This document shows positions 46,213 through 54,161 of a stretch of 54,579 nucleotides of DNA, in pieces. A program made the position numbers and the translations under genes. Each line of letters begins with the position of its first letter. Positions within the stretch are counted from its first letter, which is position 1. The notes under the pieces are model-generated. The model had not been told where the DNA came from and made no database searches. It worked only from the letters and a program-made list of their open reading frames with translations. Origin of the DNA: a virus (lineage: Duplodnaviria; Caudoviricetes). The stretch spans positions 1-54,579 of IMG/VR virus record IMGVR_UViG_3300047548_000110. One strand, written 5' to 3'.

Positions 46213-46685
46213 TTGTCTCTCCGCGCCTGCTCCATTTTGGTCAGCAGGTCAGCAAAGAATGTCGATTCAGGGGTTACGGTCAGCGGGTTGTCCTTGTCAC
46301 CGGCAATGATCTGGCGGTCGCCATACTTCTTCGGCTTGAGCTTCGCGGCGATCCATTTGCGGCTATCTATACGCAACCTCATCCAATTAACATGGCCTGC
46401 GTCAACCCTAGCAATCCCTTTCTCATCAACCACTTGAGATGGCTCAGTATCGGCAATGTCAAGAATCTCTTCCTGCATTGTGTCGGCTTGATCTTCCTTC
46501 GCTTTCGCGTACTGGTGGAGGAATATCTCATTCTGAGACATCCACAAGTAGACAGTTTTGATGTCTGGCATCATCGGGTCACGGCAAATAGACTTCAATG
46601 ACTCCCCCTCCACCAGCCTAGCGCATATCTCTGCCGCCTTGTCTTCGCTATATGATGATGGCCGCCCAGCCTTTGCCTTATTCAT
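46209..46685 (-). CDS. terS: terminase small subunit (Sf6-like)
   Basis: GRPSSY...ICARLVEGESLKSIC..MP...V..W, RLRIDSRKW...PKKYG. Confidence 0.9.
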   Translation of the reverse strand: MNKAKAGRPSSYSEDKAAEICARLVEGESLKSICRDPMMPDIKTVYLWMSQNEIFLHQYAKAKEDQADTMQEEILDIADTEPSQVVDEKGIARVDAGHVNWMRLRIDSRKWIAAKLKPKKYGDRQIIAGDKDNPLTVTPESTFFADLLTKMEQARRDK

Positions 46686-47218
46686 AACCCACTCCAGCAG
46701 CCAAACAAGTCTGGCCTTTTTTCAGCGGCATATTTCAATTTTGCAACAATTGATTTGTATTTTTCTGGGTCAGCCCCCGGTCTCTGTAAGAACTTTAAAC
46801 CTTGAGCCATAGCCCTTTTCATTTCCCACACTCTTTGGAAAAGCGGGTCACTTTTCCTTCTCTCGTTCAAACGAACGGCATTTTGTTTGCAAATCTCTGG
46901 AGAGCAGGATGGTGAATTTCCGCCATTTGCCATGTTAAGGAGCAGGCCTTCAGCCCGATATTGAGAAATCATTGCTTTTTCAAGCGACTGCCAATCTTCG
47001 GAGATTGCGGAGGCCAATTCAACCATTTGTATCGGCCTGCCATTATTTATTTGCTCTGTAATCCAAGAATACAGGTTGCTTTTTTTTGTGCGGGAACTGG
47101 AGATATGCGTTTTGAGCCTAGCTTGGACGTTGTTTGCTTTGCCAATGTAAACAATTTTATTGGTAACTGGATCGATAATTCCGTAAATTTTTGAAAACTT
47201 TTTCGTTGACTCGGACAT
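46682..47218 (-). CDS. GIY-YIG endonuclease (probable homing endonuclease)
   Basis: IYGIID...YIGKA...RLKTH...E...LLNMANGG; AT-richer than flanks. Confidence 0.8.
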   Translation of the reverse strand: MSESTKKFSKIYGIIDPVTNKIVYIGKANNVQARLKTHISSSRTKKSNLYSWITEQINNGRPIQMVELASAISEDWQSLEKAMISQYRAEGLLLNMANGGNSPSCSPEICKQNAVRLNERRKSDPLFQRVWEMKRAMAQGLKFLQRPGADPEKYKSIVAKLKYAAEKRPDLFGCWSGL

Positions 47219-47259
47219 CTCAGTCTCCGGGTTGATTTGATTGACGAACTATAAACGCA

Positions 47260-47487
47260 TTACTTACCGTCATCAATCCCAAGCTCGGTGTCCAGCCATT
47301 CGTCCAGCTTCTTATGTAGCTCGTCCCGGCGCATCTTGGCTATCGTGCGGCCATCCTTGATCTTCAGCGGGTTCAGCATACCCTCCTTGAAGTTCAGGCC
47401 GGTCACGATCTCGAATCGCCCCTCACCAATCCTTGCGTGATAGACGATCCCCTTACTAGCGTCTACGGCTGTCTCGTTGCTGATCAC
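47260..47487 (-). CDS. hypothetical protein
   Basis: 75 aa, coupled ORF. Confidence 0.5.
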   Translation of the reverse strand: MISNETAVDASKGIVYHARIGEGRFEIVTGLNFKEGMLNPLKIKDGRTIAKMRRDELHKKLDEWLDTELGIDDGK

Positions 47488-47765
47488 TTGCCAGCCTTCT
47501 TGCTGCCCTTCTTGGGCTTCTCTGCGGCTAACTCTTGCGGCTCTGCAACTTTATCGTGGGCGGGCAGCGGCTCATCTTGCTCGACTGCAACTTTCTCAAA
47601 GATTGCGGTCTCATGCTCAGCGGCAGCGTTCAGTTGGTTGATCAGTTCCTGAATCCAGCCCTTCAGCAGTGCCGATTGGATCTCTTTGGACTGGTCAAGG
47701 AAGTCGCCCGGAAGCAGGACGCTTGTTTCACCAGTGCTGTAGTTTGCTTTTAGTTTGCCGCTCAT
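47484..47765 (-). CDS. hypothetical protein
   Basis: 93 aa, GGAGG RBS. Confidence 0.55.
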   Translation of the reverse strand: MSGKLKANYSTGETSVLLPGDFLDQSKEIQSALLKGWIQELINQLNAAAEHETAIFEKVAVEQDEPLPAHDKVAEPQELAAEKPKKGSKKAGK

Positions 47766-48010
47766 GGTTCCTCCGTTACTTTCTCGTAAGTTAATTCAAA
47801 AATGTCTGGCTTACAGGGATAATGCTCGCCCTTGACTCCGGTAATGATCCAGTCCCCGGGGCTGACAATGTGGCCACCCTCAAGGGTATTGATCCAGCCG
47901 CACCCTTGCATATCTTGATTAGGTGTCTCAAAGGCGCTGACAGCAGGGTGGTCACCAAGCTTAAACCATTGGGTCGCCTCGATCACTACCGGCTTCTTGA
48001 CGAACCTCAT
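47762..48010 (-). CDS. widespread phage protein (KKPVxIEAxQW / GDWIIxG..GE.YPCKPDIF family)
   Basis: Both family motifs present. Confidence 0.75.
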   Translation of the reverse strand: MRFVKKPVVIEATQWFKLGDHPAVSAFETPNQDMQGCGWINTLEGGHIVSPGDWIITGVKGEHYPCKPDIFELTYEKVTEEP

Positions 48011-48210
48011 AGCTTGTTCTCGTCAACGCGATGATCGCCACACCAGTCCATCGGGTAGACAGCCGGGAAGCCAGACATGGTCGGCGCGTGTTTGCGGCAG
48101 CGACCGATCTCCGGTGCGTTGGGGTTACCTGACTGCTTCTTGACGTAGGAAATGCAGGTCTTGCAGCGCATCCCCTCACTTCGGTGCTTCCATGGATCTG
48201 AGTCGCTCAT
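48007..48210 (-). CDS. small Cys-rich protein
   Basis: CKTC...GRCRKHAP...FPAV...DWCG; AGGAGG RBS. Confidence 0.65.
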   Translation of the reverse strand: MSDSDPWKHRSEGMRCKTCISYVKKQSGNPNAPEIGRCRKHAPTMSGFPAVYPMDWCGDHRVDENKL

Positions 48211-48311
48211 ACAGCCTCCTGTCAGTTATTTGATTGCTGGTGAGATGTTTTGCAGTCGGGCCAACTTGTCCGTATTCTTTCAACGGTGAGCCGATAGCTG
48301 TTACTCGCCAC

Positions 48312-48381
48312 CAACACGGATGGGAACTATCTGGCGTTGCAACCTTGCGTACCGGATACCAAACAATCCCCATTCGTGTTG
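48312..48381 (-). ncRNA. structured RNA element, copy 2
   Basis: CAACACG-AA-TGGGGATT...AGTTCCCA-TC-CGTGTTG long closing stem. Confidence 0.45.
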
Positions 48382-48504
48382 CCCCGGTGATCAACCCAGA
48401 GTCACGCCCCGTCTGTCCGGGGTGTCTGCTACTTTTCCTGCCAGCGTCATAGCTATCCGCTTCGTTGTGTTCGAGTTTCACCTACAGGCCGCTATGCTGA
48501 TCGT

Positions 48505-48649
48505 CACCAACACGGCTGAGGACTCAGTTACGATTGCGATCCGTACAGAGTACCGGGATGAAGGACAGATAACGTGTTGTGGCCACAAGTGACGTTAGAG
48601 CTTTCCACTGACCGGCTTCATCCTGCCCAAATCCTCATGCGTGTTGGTG
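48505..48649 (-). ncRNA. structured RNA element, copy 1, abutting the tRNA 3' end
   Basis: CACCAACACG-CA-TGAGGATT...AGTCCTCA-GC-CGTGTTGGTG. Confidence 0.5.
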
Positions 48650-48729
48650 GAAGAGGCTGGATTTGCACCAACTCACCCGCAGGAACGGATTTACAGTCCG
48701 TCGCGCCTCGCTATCTGCGCCGCTCTTCC
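48645..48729 (-). tRNA. tRNA-Tyr (GTA)
   Basis: Acceptor GGAAGAG/CTCTTCC plus ACCA, anticodon arm ACGGA-CTGTAAA-TCCGT, long variable arm; atypical T-loop (TGCAAAT). Confidence 0.8.
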
Positions 48730-48801
48730 AAAACCGTTGTCGCGTCTACAGCCATCCACCCGGGCAGCTTCGTGCTGATCTCGCCCGCGACAACGCAAGC
48801 T

Positions 48802-48830
48802 ATTGTAACTTGATATTAATTTTGAGTGAA
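48802..48830 (-). promoter_or_regulatory. sigma70-like promoter for the tRNA/late region, with operator-like site
   Basis: TTCACT-17-TACAAT; TGTAA-CTTGATA-TTAAT at 48804-48820. Confidence 0.6.
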
Positions 48831-48832
48831 GC

Positions 48833-49018
48833 CTAATCTTTGCCAAACCCGCTAACGTATGGGATGCCCATCATCTCATCTCGATGGCGCAGAGCCTCAT
48901 GGTATTCGTCCAGCAATGCATGGGCCTCTTCCCATGCGCCATTATCTAATAGCATCACCTCCAACATGATGGCCAGCCGGTGGGCAAACCGATCCCCTAC
49001 ATCATCTGGCGTGTTCAT
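48833..49018 (-). CDS. hypothetical protein, paralog of 53106..53288
   Basis: DDVGDRFAHRLA.MLE...IPYVSGFGKD. Confidence 0.65.
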   Translation of the reverse strand: MNTPDDVGDRFAHRLAIMLEVMLLDNGAWEEAHALLDEYHEALRHRDEMMGIPYVSGFGKD

Positions 49019-49230
49019 TCCACGCCCTCGGCCTCTGCTGGGCTTGCACCCATCTTCTCAAGGGCTTTGTGTCCTTGCTTCCGGGTTTCCTCATAGACCT
49101 TTTGCAGATCGCAAATTGCATCCTGCAAGATGTCCATCTTCAGTATCCAATAGGCATCATTAAAATCTTTTGAGAATGCAATTTTTATCTCGTCGATACG
49201 GGGGTTGTATGTGACGCTGAATGCTCTCAT
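49015..49230 (-). CDS. hypothetical protein
   Basis: 71 aa, coupled ORF. Confidence 0.55.
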   Translation of the reverse strand: MRAFSVTYNPRIDEIKIAFSKDFNDAYWILKMDILQDAICDLQKVYEETRKQGHKALEKMGASPAEAEGVE

Positions 49231-49421
49231 GCTTTATTCTCCTTATGGTTGTTGATCTGGGTTATTCCTTGCGGCGCTGACGGGTAAACGCTCTGGCGCT
49301 GGTCAATGGTCAAATCGTTTGTGTAACGCAGCGCCCGAACGACTGCCGGGGTCAATGCAGTGAACTGCTTCGGGTTCGGCTGGTCTGGGCAAATCGTGAT
49401 GGTGTACGGTAATTTAGCCAT
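49227..49421 (-). CDS. hypothetical protein
   Basis: 64 aa, AAGGAG RBS. Confidence 0.55.
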   Translation of the reverse strand: MAKLPYTITICPDQPNPKQFTALTPAVVRALRYTNDLTIDQRQSVYPSAPQGITQINNHKENKA

Positions 49422-49731
49422 TGTTGTTCTCCTTAACTAAGTATCGAAGCTCTACCGTCTGTGCCGCCTCTCGCAGCTTTGATACGGTGGTCTTCTTCAT
49501 TACCTCAATAGCGATTGCCACAAAGGTTTCCAACTCCGCCCGCTCGTCATCCCCCCAGCCGATCAGACCGGCCACCGCTGACTGTAGGCGCTCATCTTTC
49601 AGCTTGGCAACACGCTCAACCAGATACTCCAGATCCTCCCTTGGAATAGCTGCTCGCTGCTGCAATATCTCCTGCATACGCCGCGCTTGGATAGCCACAA
49701 AGTCAGCATCAGGACGCAGTCGCTTAGGCAT
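49414..49731 (-). CDS. hypothetical protein
   Basis: 105 aa helical. Confidence 0.55.
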   Translation of the reverse strand: MPKRLRPDADFVAIQARRMQEILQQRAAIPREDLEYLVERVAKLKDERLQSAVAGLIGWGDDERAELETFVAIAIEVMKKTTVSKLREAAQTVELRYLVKENNNG

Positions 49732-49957
49732 TCTTGGCTTTCAGTGCGGCTTCGATGGCGCGACAAAATGTGAGCAACCCAGAGTTTTCATCGCAAATGT
49801 CGCCACCCAACACTTCACTGATCTCCATGTCCGTCAGACCAACCCACTTACGTCTTGCCCGATAAACAGGCTCCCAAAACGGCAGGTTATGCGGCATCTG
49901 GCTAAACATCATCCGGCCTTCGTCATCCTCATATATCCAGCCAATTGGCTCATTCAT
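49724..49957 (-). CDS. hypothetical protein (WxGLTDxEI...AIEAxLK family)
   Basis: Shares its C-terminal module with 50171..50560. Confidence 0.6.
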   Translation of the reverse strand: MNEPIGWIYEDDEGRMMFSQMPHNLPFWEPVYRARRKWVGLTDMEISEVLGGDICDENSGLLTFCRAIEAALKAKNA

Positions 49958-49967
49958 TGTTCTTCTC

Positions 49968-50174
49968 CTATTGAACGTCACGAATAACTTTTTCTGGTAC
50001 TAGCCGTCCGTTTTTATCTTCTACACGGCAACCGCCTTTAATAGACCAATCACTTTTTCTGCCGCTGTCTTTCCATCTGACCGCGCAACCAGCCTCGTCT
50101 ACTGCAAATGCGCCCCACAAAATTGCAGCAAAAAACACGACTCCACCTAGCAAAATTATCAGCATGTCTTTCAT
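49968..50174 (-). CDS. membrane-anchored protein
   Basis: N-terminal TM, C..RW..SG...W....GC. Confidence 0.6.
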   Translation of the reverse strand: MKDMLIILLGGVVFFAAILWGAFAVDEAGCAVRWKDSGRKSDWSIKGGCRVEDKNGRLVPEKVIRDVQ

Positions 50175-50560
50175 GTGTTCTTCTCCTTCAGCTTGGCTTC
50201 GATGGCTCGCGCAAAGTCTTGCGAACTGATGTATCTCTCGCCTTTGCGTTTCAAAGCAGTGATCTCGTCATCCGTCAGCCCCTGCCAGTTGCGCTGTGGT
50301 GGGGCGGTGTAGAGTGGAATGTTCCGATACTTACGGCCAAACGCGCTTTCTTGCGGAACTTCATAAATCGTTGCACCACCATCTTTACTGAACTCGCCTT
50401 GCCAATAACCAACCGGCTCCGGTTCAGGCTGCGCAAGTCGAGCGCGGAGGGCTTCGACTGTTTGCTTGCAGCGATCTATGTATGGCTGATCGTCGCTTAA
50501 TGCTGCTTGTAACGCATCCAGCACAGACTGCGCTTCCTCGCGGGTTAGTGTAATGGTCAT
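50171..50560 (-). CDS. modular accessory protein (MTITLTREEAQ...PEPEPV...YTAPPQR)
   Basis: Shares segments with several neighbours. Confidence 0.6.
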   Translation of the reverse strand: MTITLTREEAQSVLDALQAALSDDQPYIDRCKQTVEALRARLAQPEPEPVGYWQGEFSKDGGATIYEVPQESAFGRKYRNIPLYTAPPQRNWQGLTDDEITALKRKGERYISSQDFARAIEAKLKEKNT

Positions 50561-50568
50561 AATTTTCC

Positions 50569-50769
50569 TCACAAATCAGGGTCAATCCAAAACCCATCGC
50601 CAAAGATCAGCGGGATCGGGTCATATTCTTCGCCTTCGGCTTCCATTAACTGCTTTTGCAATGCAGTGCATTTGGCATGCAGTTCCGTCACTTTGGCGTA
50701 AGCCTCTTGGCCTTCTTCCATATATTTGTTGTGCAATTTTTTTAAGTCGTTAATTTCTTTTGGCGTCAT
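50569..50769 (-). CDS. hypothetical protein
   Basis: 66 aa, coupled ORF. Confidence 0.5.
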   Translation of the reverse strand: MTPKEINDLKKLHNKYMEEGQEAYAKVTELHAKCTALQKQLMEAEGEEYDPIPLIFGDGFWIDPDL

Positions 50770-50909
50770 TGTTGTTTCTCCTCATCTCCAAAATCCATAT
50801 CAGCAGGGTGCGGCACATCGTCATGCACAATCACGCCATCTTCTTCAGGCAAAAACTTTCCGCAGATAACGCAGTAGTAACCTTCCGCGCGGGTTAGTGT
50901 GATCGTCAT
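50766..50909 (-). CDS. small CxxC protein
   Basis: MTITLTRAEGYYCVICGKFL...VHDDVPHP. Confidence 0.5.
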   Translation of the reverse strand: MTITLTRAEGYYCVICGKFLPEEDGVIVHDDVPHPADMDFGDEEKQQ

Positions 50910-51013
50910 TTGGTTTCCTCCATTGCCCACCGTTTCAGTTGTAGCATCTTGCGTATGTACCAGTTGATCCATTTGTTCTCGTAAATCTTTATCTTGCTCA
51001 CGTTGTTAGTCAT
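50906..51013 (-). CDS. hypothetical peptide (35 aa)
   Basis: MTNNVSKIKIYENKWINWYIRKMLQLKRWAMEETK fills the gap, with AGGAG RBS and ATGA overlap. Confidence 0.4.
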   Translation of the reverse strand: MTNNVSKIKIYENKWINWYIRKMLQLKRWAMEETK

Positions 51014-51398
51014 TGTTGTTCTCCTGATTTACGTTCTCGTCCAGCCACGCCTGAACCTCGGTGCCGCTCCACATCTTGCGTAGCATCGTCGGAAACTGCA
51101 CTCGTTCGCGTTGTGGTGGGGCGGTATTAATCCCGCACAATTTTGGCTTATCAATGCAATTAACGCCCCCTTTTCCTAAGCAGTAATAGCCACACACAGG
51201 ACAGCTTTCTTCTGTGTATTTTTTCTCTTCCGGTTCAGGTGCGCTAAGTCGGGCGCTGAGGGTTTCGATTGCGGAACGCATCATGGCAAAAGCTTCCTTT
51301 GGGCCAACGCGACCCGGCATCATGTGATAGTCACCATGTGCCTGCTGCATCGCATCCAGCACCTGCTGCGCTTCCTCGCGGGTTAGTGTGATGGTCAT
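51006..51398 (-). CDS. modular accessory protein
   Basis: MTITLTREEAQ, ARLSAPEPE, CPVCGYYC, FPTMLRKMWSG.EVQ.W. Confidence 0.6.
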   Translation of the reverse strand: MTITLTREEAQQVLDAMQQAHGDYHMMPGRVGPKEAFAMMRSAIETLSARLSAPEPEEKKYTEESCPVCGYYCLGKGGVNCIDKPKLCGINTAPPQRERVQFPTMLRKMWSGTEVQAWLDENVNQENNND

Positions 51399-51401
51399 TT
51401 A

Positions 51402-51590
51402 TTAATCCTCTAGGTTTTGCTGCCAATAATGCAGCTTTGTCATTTCTAACACCCCCATAACTGTTGCTATGGTCATGTGGTCGTACTTCTCTGCATTTAT
51501 AACAGCGCGTAATTCATCCATCAAATCTGCGCCCATTGCTTTTTGGTCTGACGAAGGGATTACTTTCAGTACAGCTTTCTTATCAGTCAT
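51402..51590 (-). CDS. hypothetical protein
   Basis: 62 aa. Confidence 0.5.
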   Translation of the reverse strand: MTDKKAVLKVIPSSDQKAMGADLMDELRAVINAEKYDHMTIATVMGVLEMTKLHYWQQNLED

Positions 51591-51921
51591 TGTTGTTTCC
51601 CCGCATTGTTTTAGCAATTAGATAAAGACATTTTTGCGCTGCATTAGTAAGCGACATCCCCTCGTTGCGCTCATGTATTAACGACAATTTAGCTACGCCT
51701 TGAGTAACCCGTACATTGCCTATCCAAACTGTGCAACCAGCGTATGCCACTGGTTCAGGTTCAGGTGCGCTAAGTCGGGCGCGAAGGGTTTCAAGTGCCT
51801 TAGCTACAAGTTTATGATCGTATTGATCTACAATTTGCTCATGTTCCCCGTCGTAAACCCAAGTTTCATCGCAACTATTTAGCGCATCCAGTACCTGCTG
51901 CAATAGCTCTCTGTCAGTCAT
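51583..51921 (-). CDS. modular accessory protein
   Basis: MTDRELLQQVLDAL...LRARLSAPEPEPVA. Confidence 0.55.
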   Translation of the reverse strand: MTDRELLQQVLDALNSCDETWVYDGEHEQIVDQYDHKLVAKALETLRARLSAPEPEPVAYAGCTVWIGNVRVTQGVAKLSLIHERNEGMSLTNAAQKCLYLIAKTMRGNNND

Positions 51922-52271
51922 TCCATCCCCTTTCCAATCTCAGCCGCAGCCCTGACAATTGCCCTGCGCGTGGCGGCGTATGGATCATCTCCCTTGATTT
52001 CTCCCGAAGGTACTGTTTGCTCTGCATTGTCAACAACAACGTTTGCCAACGGTACGCCTTCTGCTTGAGTCCATGAATGAAATACAAACAAGTTGCACTT
52101 AACCATCAACTCAAACGCTTGACTGCTTTTTTGAAGCGGATCCCATCGCACCAAACTAGCAAACCCGCCGCCTACATAAGGAACAAACCACCCATCATCC
52201 GTTTCATCCCATCCACCCGTCATCCCCGCCGCCTTCGCTGCAAGTTCTAATAGCTCTCTGTCGTTATTCAT
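51918..52271 (-). CDS. conserved phage protein (RELLELAAKAAG...ATRRAIVRAAAEIG)
   Basis: Family motifs at both ends, WDPL. Confidence 0.7.
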   Translation of the reverse strand: MNNDRELLELAAKAAGMTGGWDETDDGWFVPYVGGGFASLVRWDPLQKSSQAFELMVKCNLFVFHSWTQAEGVPLANVVVDNAEQTVPSGEIKGDDPYAATRRAIVRAAAEIGKGME

Positions 52272-52280
52272 TTTGTTTCC

Positions 52281-52496
52281 TCACAGTACGATGGTGTACA
52301 AACGAACTGGCTTTGATTTATCCAAGTTGCCCATTCCGTTAAGCAATTTAATCAATTCGTTTTTGTCTTGATGTGTGTAAGCGTAAGGGGTGCTTGAGTA
52401 TTCAAAGAAATACACGCCAACATAAACGCATTGACGGACGGTTTCAAAGTTCTTGATTTCTCCAGCATCTTCTATTTTTATTGTGTCGTTATTCAT
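52281..52496 (-). CDS. hypothetical protein
   Basis: 71 aa, GGAGG RBS. Confidence 0.5.
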   Translation of the reverse strand: MNNDTIKIEDAGEIKNFETVRQCVYVGVYFFEYSSTPYAYTHQDKNELIKLLNGMGNLDKSKPVRLYTIVL

Positions 52497-52705
52497 TTCC
52501 CCTCCGCTTTGGCAAGTGCTGCTTTGCATCTTTCAATGTAAGGCTGGTCATCGCTTAATGCTGCTTTCACGGCCTCCACCAACTCCGCATTCAGCGCATC
52601 CAGTCGGCGTAGTTCTTTTGCCGCGCTCCATGCCCGGGTTTGAAAGTCCAACGTTTTATCAAGCTCATCAGCCAGCCACAGTGCTTCGGATTGTTTGTCA
52701 GTCAT
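52493..52705 (-). CDS. hypothetical protein
   Basis: EALWLADEL...AAKELRRL...AALSDDQPYI. Confidence 0.6.
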   Translation of the reverse strand: MTDKQSEALWLADELDKTLDFQTRAWSAAKELRRLDALNAELVEAVKAALSDDQPYIERCKAALAKAEGK

Positions 52706-52880
52706 CGTCCTTCACCTCCCAAATAGTTGTAAACCCCGGCGGCATCAGCGCATCAGGATTGCACTCACACGGCATACCTGCGCCATCACAGAAAATGCAG
52801 TTGTGTGCCTCTTTGTTCGGATGGTTCTCGCACACCCACAGCGTGCCGTTGCAGTTGGGGCACGGTTGTTTGTCAGTCAT
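52698..52880 (-). CDS. small Cys-rich Zn-binding protein
   Basis: CPNCNGTLWVCENHP...C..C.GAGMPC.CN. Confidence 0.6.
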   Translation of the reverse strand: MTDKQPCPNCNGTLWVCENHPNKEAHNCIFCDGAGMPCECNPDALMPPGFTTIWEVKDDD

Positions 52881-53104
52881 GATGCGTATCCATCCATAAT
52901 GAACTTGTTCTTGGCTTCTTCTAGCGCACCGATAATTACCAACCTATCTGGCGCGGTTGAAGTCAGGATTTTGAATTGCCCTTTGTCCTTCCAAAAAGAC
53001 AGCACAATTACGGTGTCAGGTTCTTGGTCAATGGCTTCGTTCAATGTGATCTTTGCCTGTACCTTGTGGTGGTCAGGGATGGTTAGCGTTTTTAGTTTGC
53101 TCAT
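52877..53104 (-). CDS. hypothetical protein
   Basis: MSKLKTL...LNEAIDQEPDTVIVL...IIGALEEAK. Confidence 0.55.
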   Translation of the reverse strand: MSKLKTLTIPDHHKVQAKITLNEAIDQEPDTVIVLSFWKDKGQFKILTSTAPDRLVIIGALEEAKNKFIMDGYAS

Positions 53105-53105
53105 A

Positions 53106-53288
53106 TCAATCCTTTCCAAAGCCGCTGACGTAAGGAATTCCAAGCGCCTGATCGCGATCAAATAATGCTTGCCGGTACTCATCAAGCAGGGCGCAGGCAT
53201 CGTTGTATGTGCCCGTCGGGTCAAGCAGGGCGCACTCCAACATCACCGCAAGCCTGTGTGCAAATCGGTCGCCAACATCGTCGATCAT
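53106..53288 (-). CDS. hypothetical protein, paralog of 48833..49018
   Basis: DDVGDRFAHRLA.MLE...IPYVSGFGKD. Confidence 0.65.
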   Translation of the reverse strand: MIDDVGDRFAHRLAVMLECALLDPTGTYNDACALLDEYRQALFDRDQALGIPYVSGFGKD

Positions 53289-53476
53289 AGCTTGCGCCCC
53301 CTGACTAGCCTGCAACGCTCACGCTCTTCTGGCGTGAAGTCCGGGCTGATCTCAGCAACAGCACAAAGCCTGTGCGGCTTGGGCGGGTACTTGGCCAACA
53401 GATACACAATCGTCCCAGTGAAGAAAACGACCCCGGCTATGTGGGCAAAGACCAGCGCATTGAGAGCCTTATTCAT
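53285..53476 (-). CDS. membrane-anchored protein
   Basis: TM segment then CAVAEISPDF....RERCR. Confidence 0.6.
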   Translation of the reverse strand: MNKALNALVFAHIAGVVFFTGTIVYLLAKYPPKPHRLCAVAEISPDFTPEERERCRLVRGRKL

Positions 53477-53678
53477 GCTCCACCTCCACGGTTATGCGGT
53501 AGCGTTTCATATGCTTGTCGGTAACGTGCATGATCTTTTTTGTGGTGGCCAACGACCCATCCTCATGTAGATCGTATTTCATGCGCGTAACGCTCCTGAG
53601 CAACTGATGCTCATCAACATCATTGGCGAGCAGGTTGTCGCGGATCAGCGTCATGATGTAGTCGCAGTATTCAAGCAT
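53469..53678 (-). CDS. hypothetical protein
   Basis: 69 aa, AGGAG RBS. Confidence 0.55.
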   Translation of the reverse strand: MLEYCDYIMTLIRDNLLANDVDEHQLLRSVTRMKYDLHEDGSLATTKKIMHVTDKHMKRYRITVEVEHE

Positions 53679-53994
53679 TGTTCTCTCCTGTTGCCTTGGC
53701 GATAGCTTTTCTAGCCCCTTCTACTGCCTTTACCAAATCCGATATTTCTGATGATGTGTCTGGGTAATCACTAGCTTTACGCATTACAGAATCAAACTTA
53801 ATTAATGCCACCAACAGATCAGGCGCGGCGGCAATTAAATAAGCGTTAGCTTTATCTTCCTCACGACTGCGTAGACTATCAAGTGGCGCAGCGAATTTAT
53901 CCCAAATCAACGCAACGTCTGATCGTTGTGTAGACACGCCTATACCGTGATCGTGAAAAAATGGAGTCCAAGGCCCCGGGGTATGCTTATTCAT
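53671..53994 (-). CDS. conserved phage protein (HTPGPW...ANAxLIAAAPDL family)
   Basis: Both motifs present. Confidence 0.7.
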   Translation of the reverse strand: MNKHTPGPWTPFFHDHGIGVSTQRSDVALIWDKFAAPLDSLRSREEDKANAYLIAAAPDLLVALIKFDSVMRKASDYPDTSSEISDLVKAVEGARKAIAKATGENNA

Positions 53995-54118
53995 CGTCAC
54001 TCTCCCGCTCGTAACGTGCGTCGAACATAGCGTCCAGACGGGCTTCCTCGCGGCGCTCATACTTCCAATCAACATCTTTTGCCCAATCTGGCAAAGAAAC
54101 TGGCGTTGTATTTTCCAT
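53987..54118 (-). CDS. hypothetical peptide (43 aa)
   Basis: MENTTPVSLPDWAKDVDW... Confidence 0.45.
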   Translation of the reverse strand: MENTTPVSLPDWAKDVDWKYERREEARLDAMFDARYERESDDE

Positions 54119-54130
54119 GATCAGTTTTCC

Positions 54131-54153
54131 GAAAAAGCCCGGATTGCTCCGGG
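54131..54153 (-). terminator. intrinsic terminator
   Basis: GCCCGGA-GCAA-TCCGGGC-TTTTTC. Confidence 0.65.
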
Positions 54154-54161
54154 CGGGTTGA

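Noticed and set aside
48176-48481. 101-aa minus-strand ORF downstream of the tRNA
   Set aside because: No clear RBS, overlaps the RNA stem motif and the next gene, and has atypical composition; treated as non-coding
48312-48649. Retron msr/msd or CRISPR mini-array
   Set aside because: No reverse transcriptase or cas gene; only two units, built as long inverted stems rather than direct repeats with spacers
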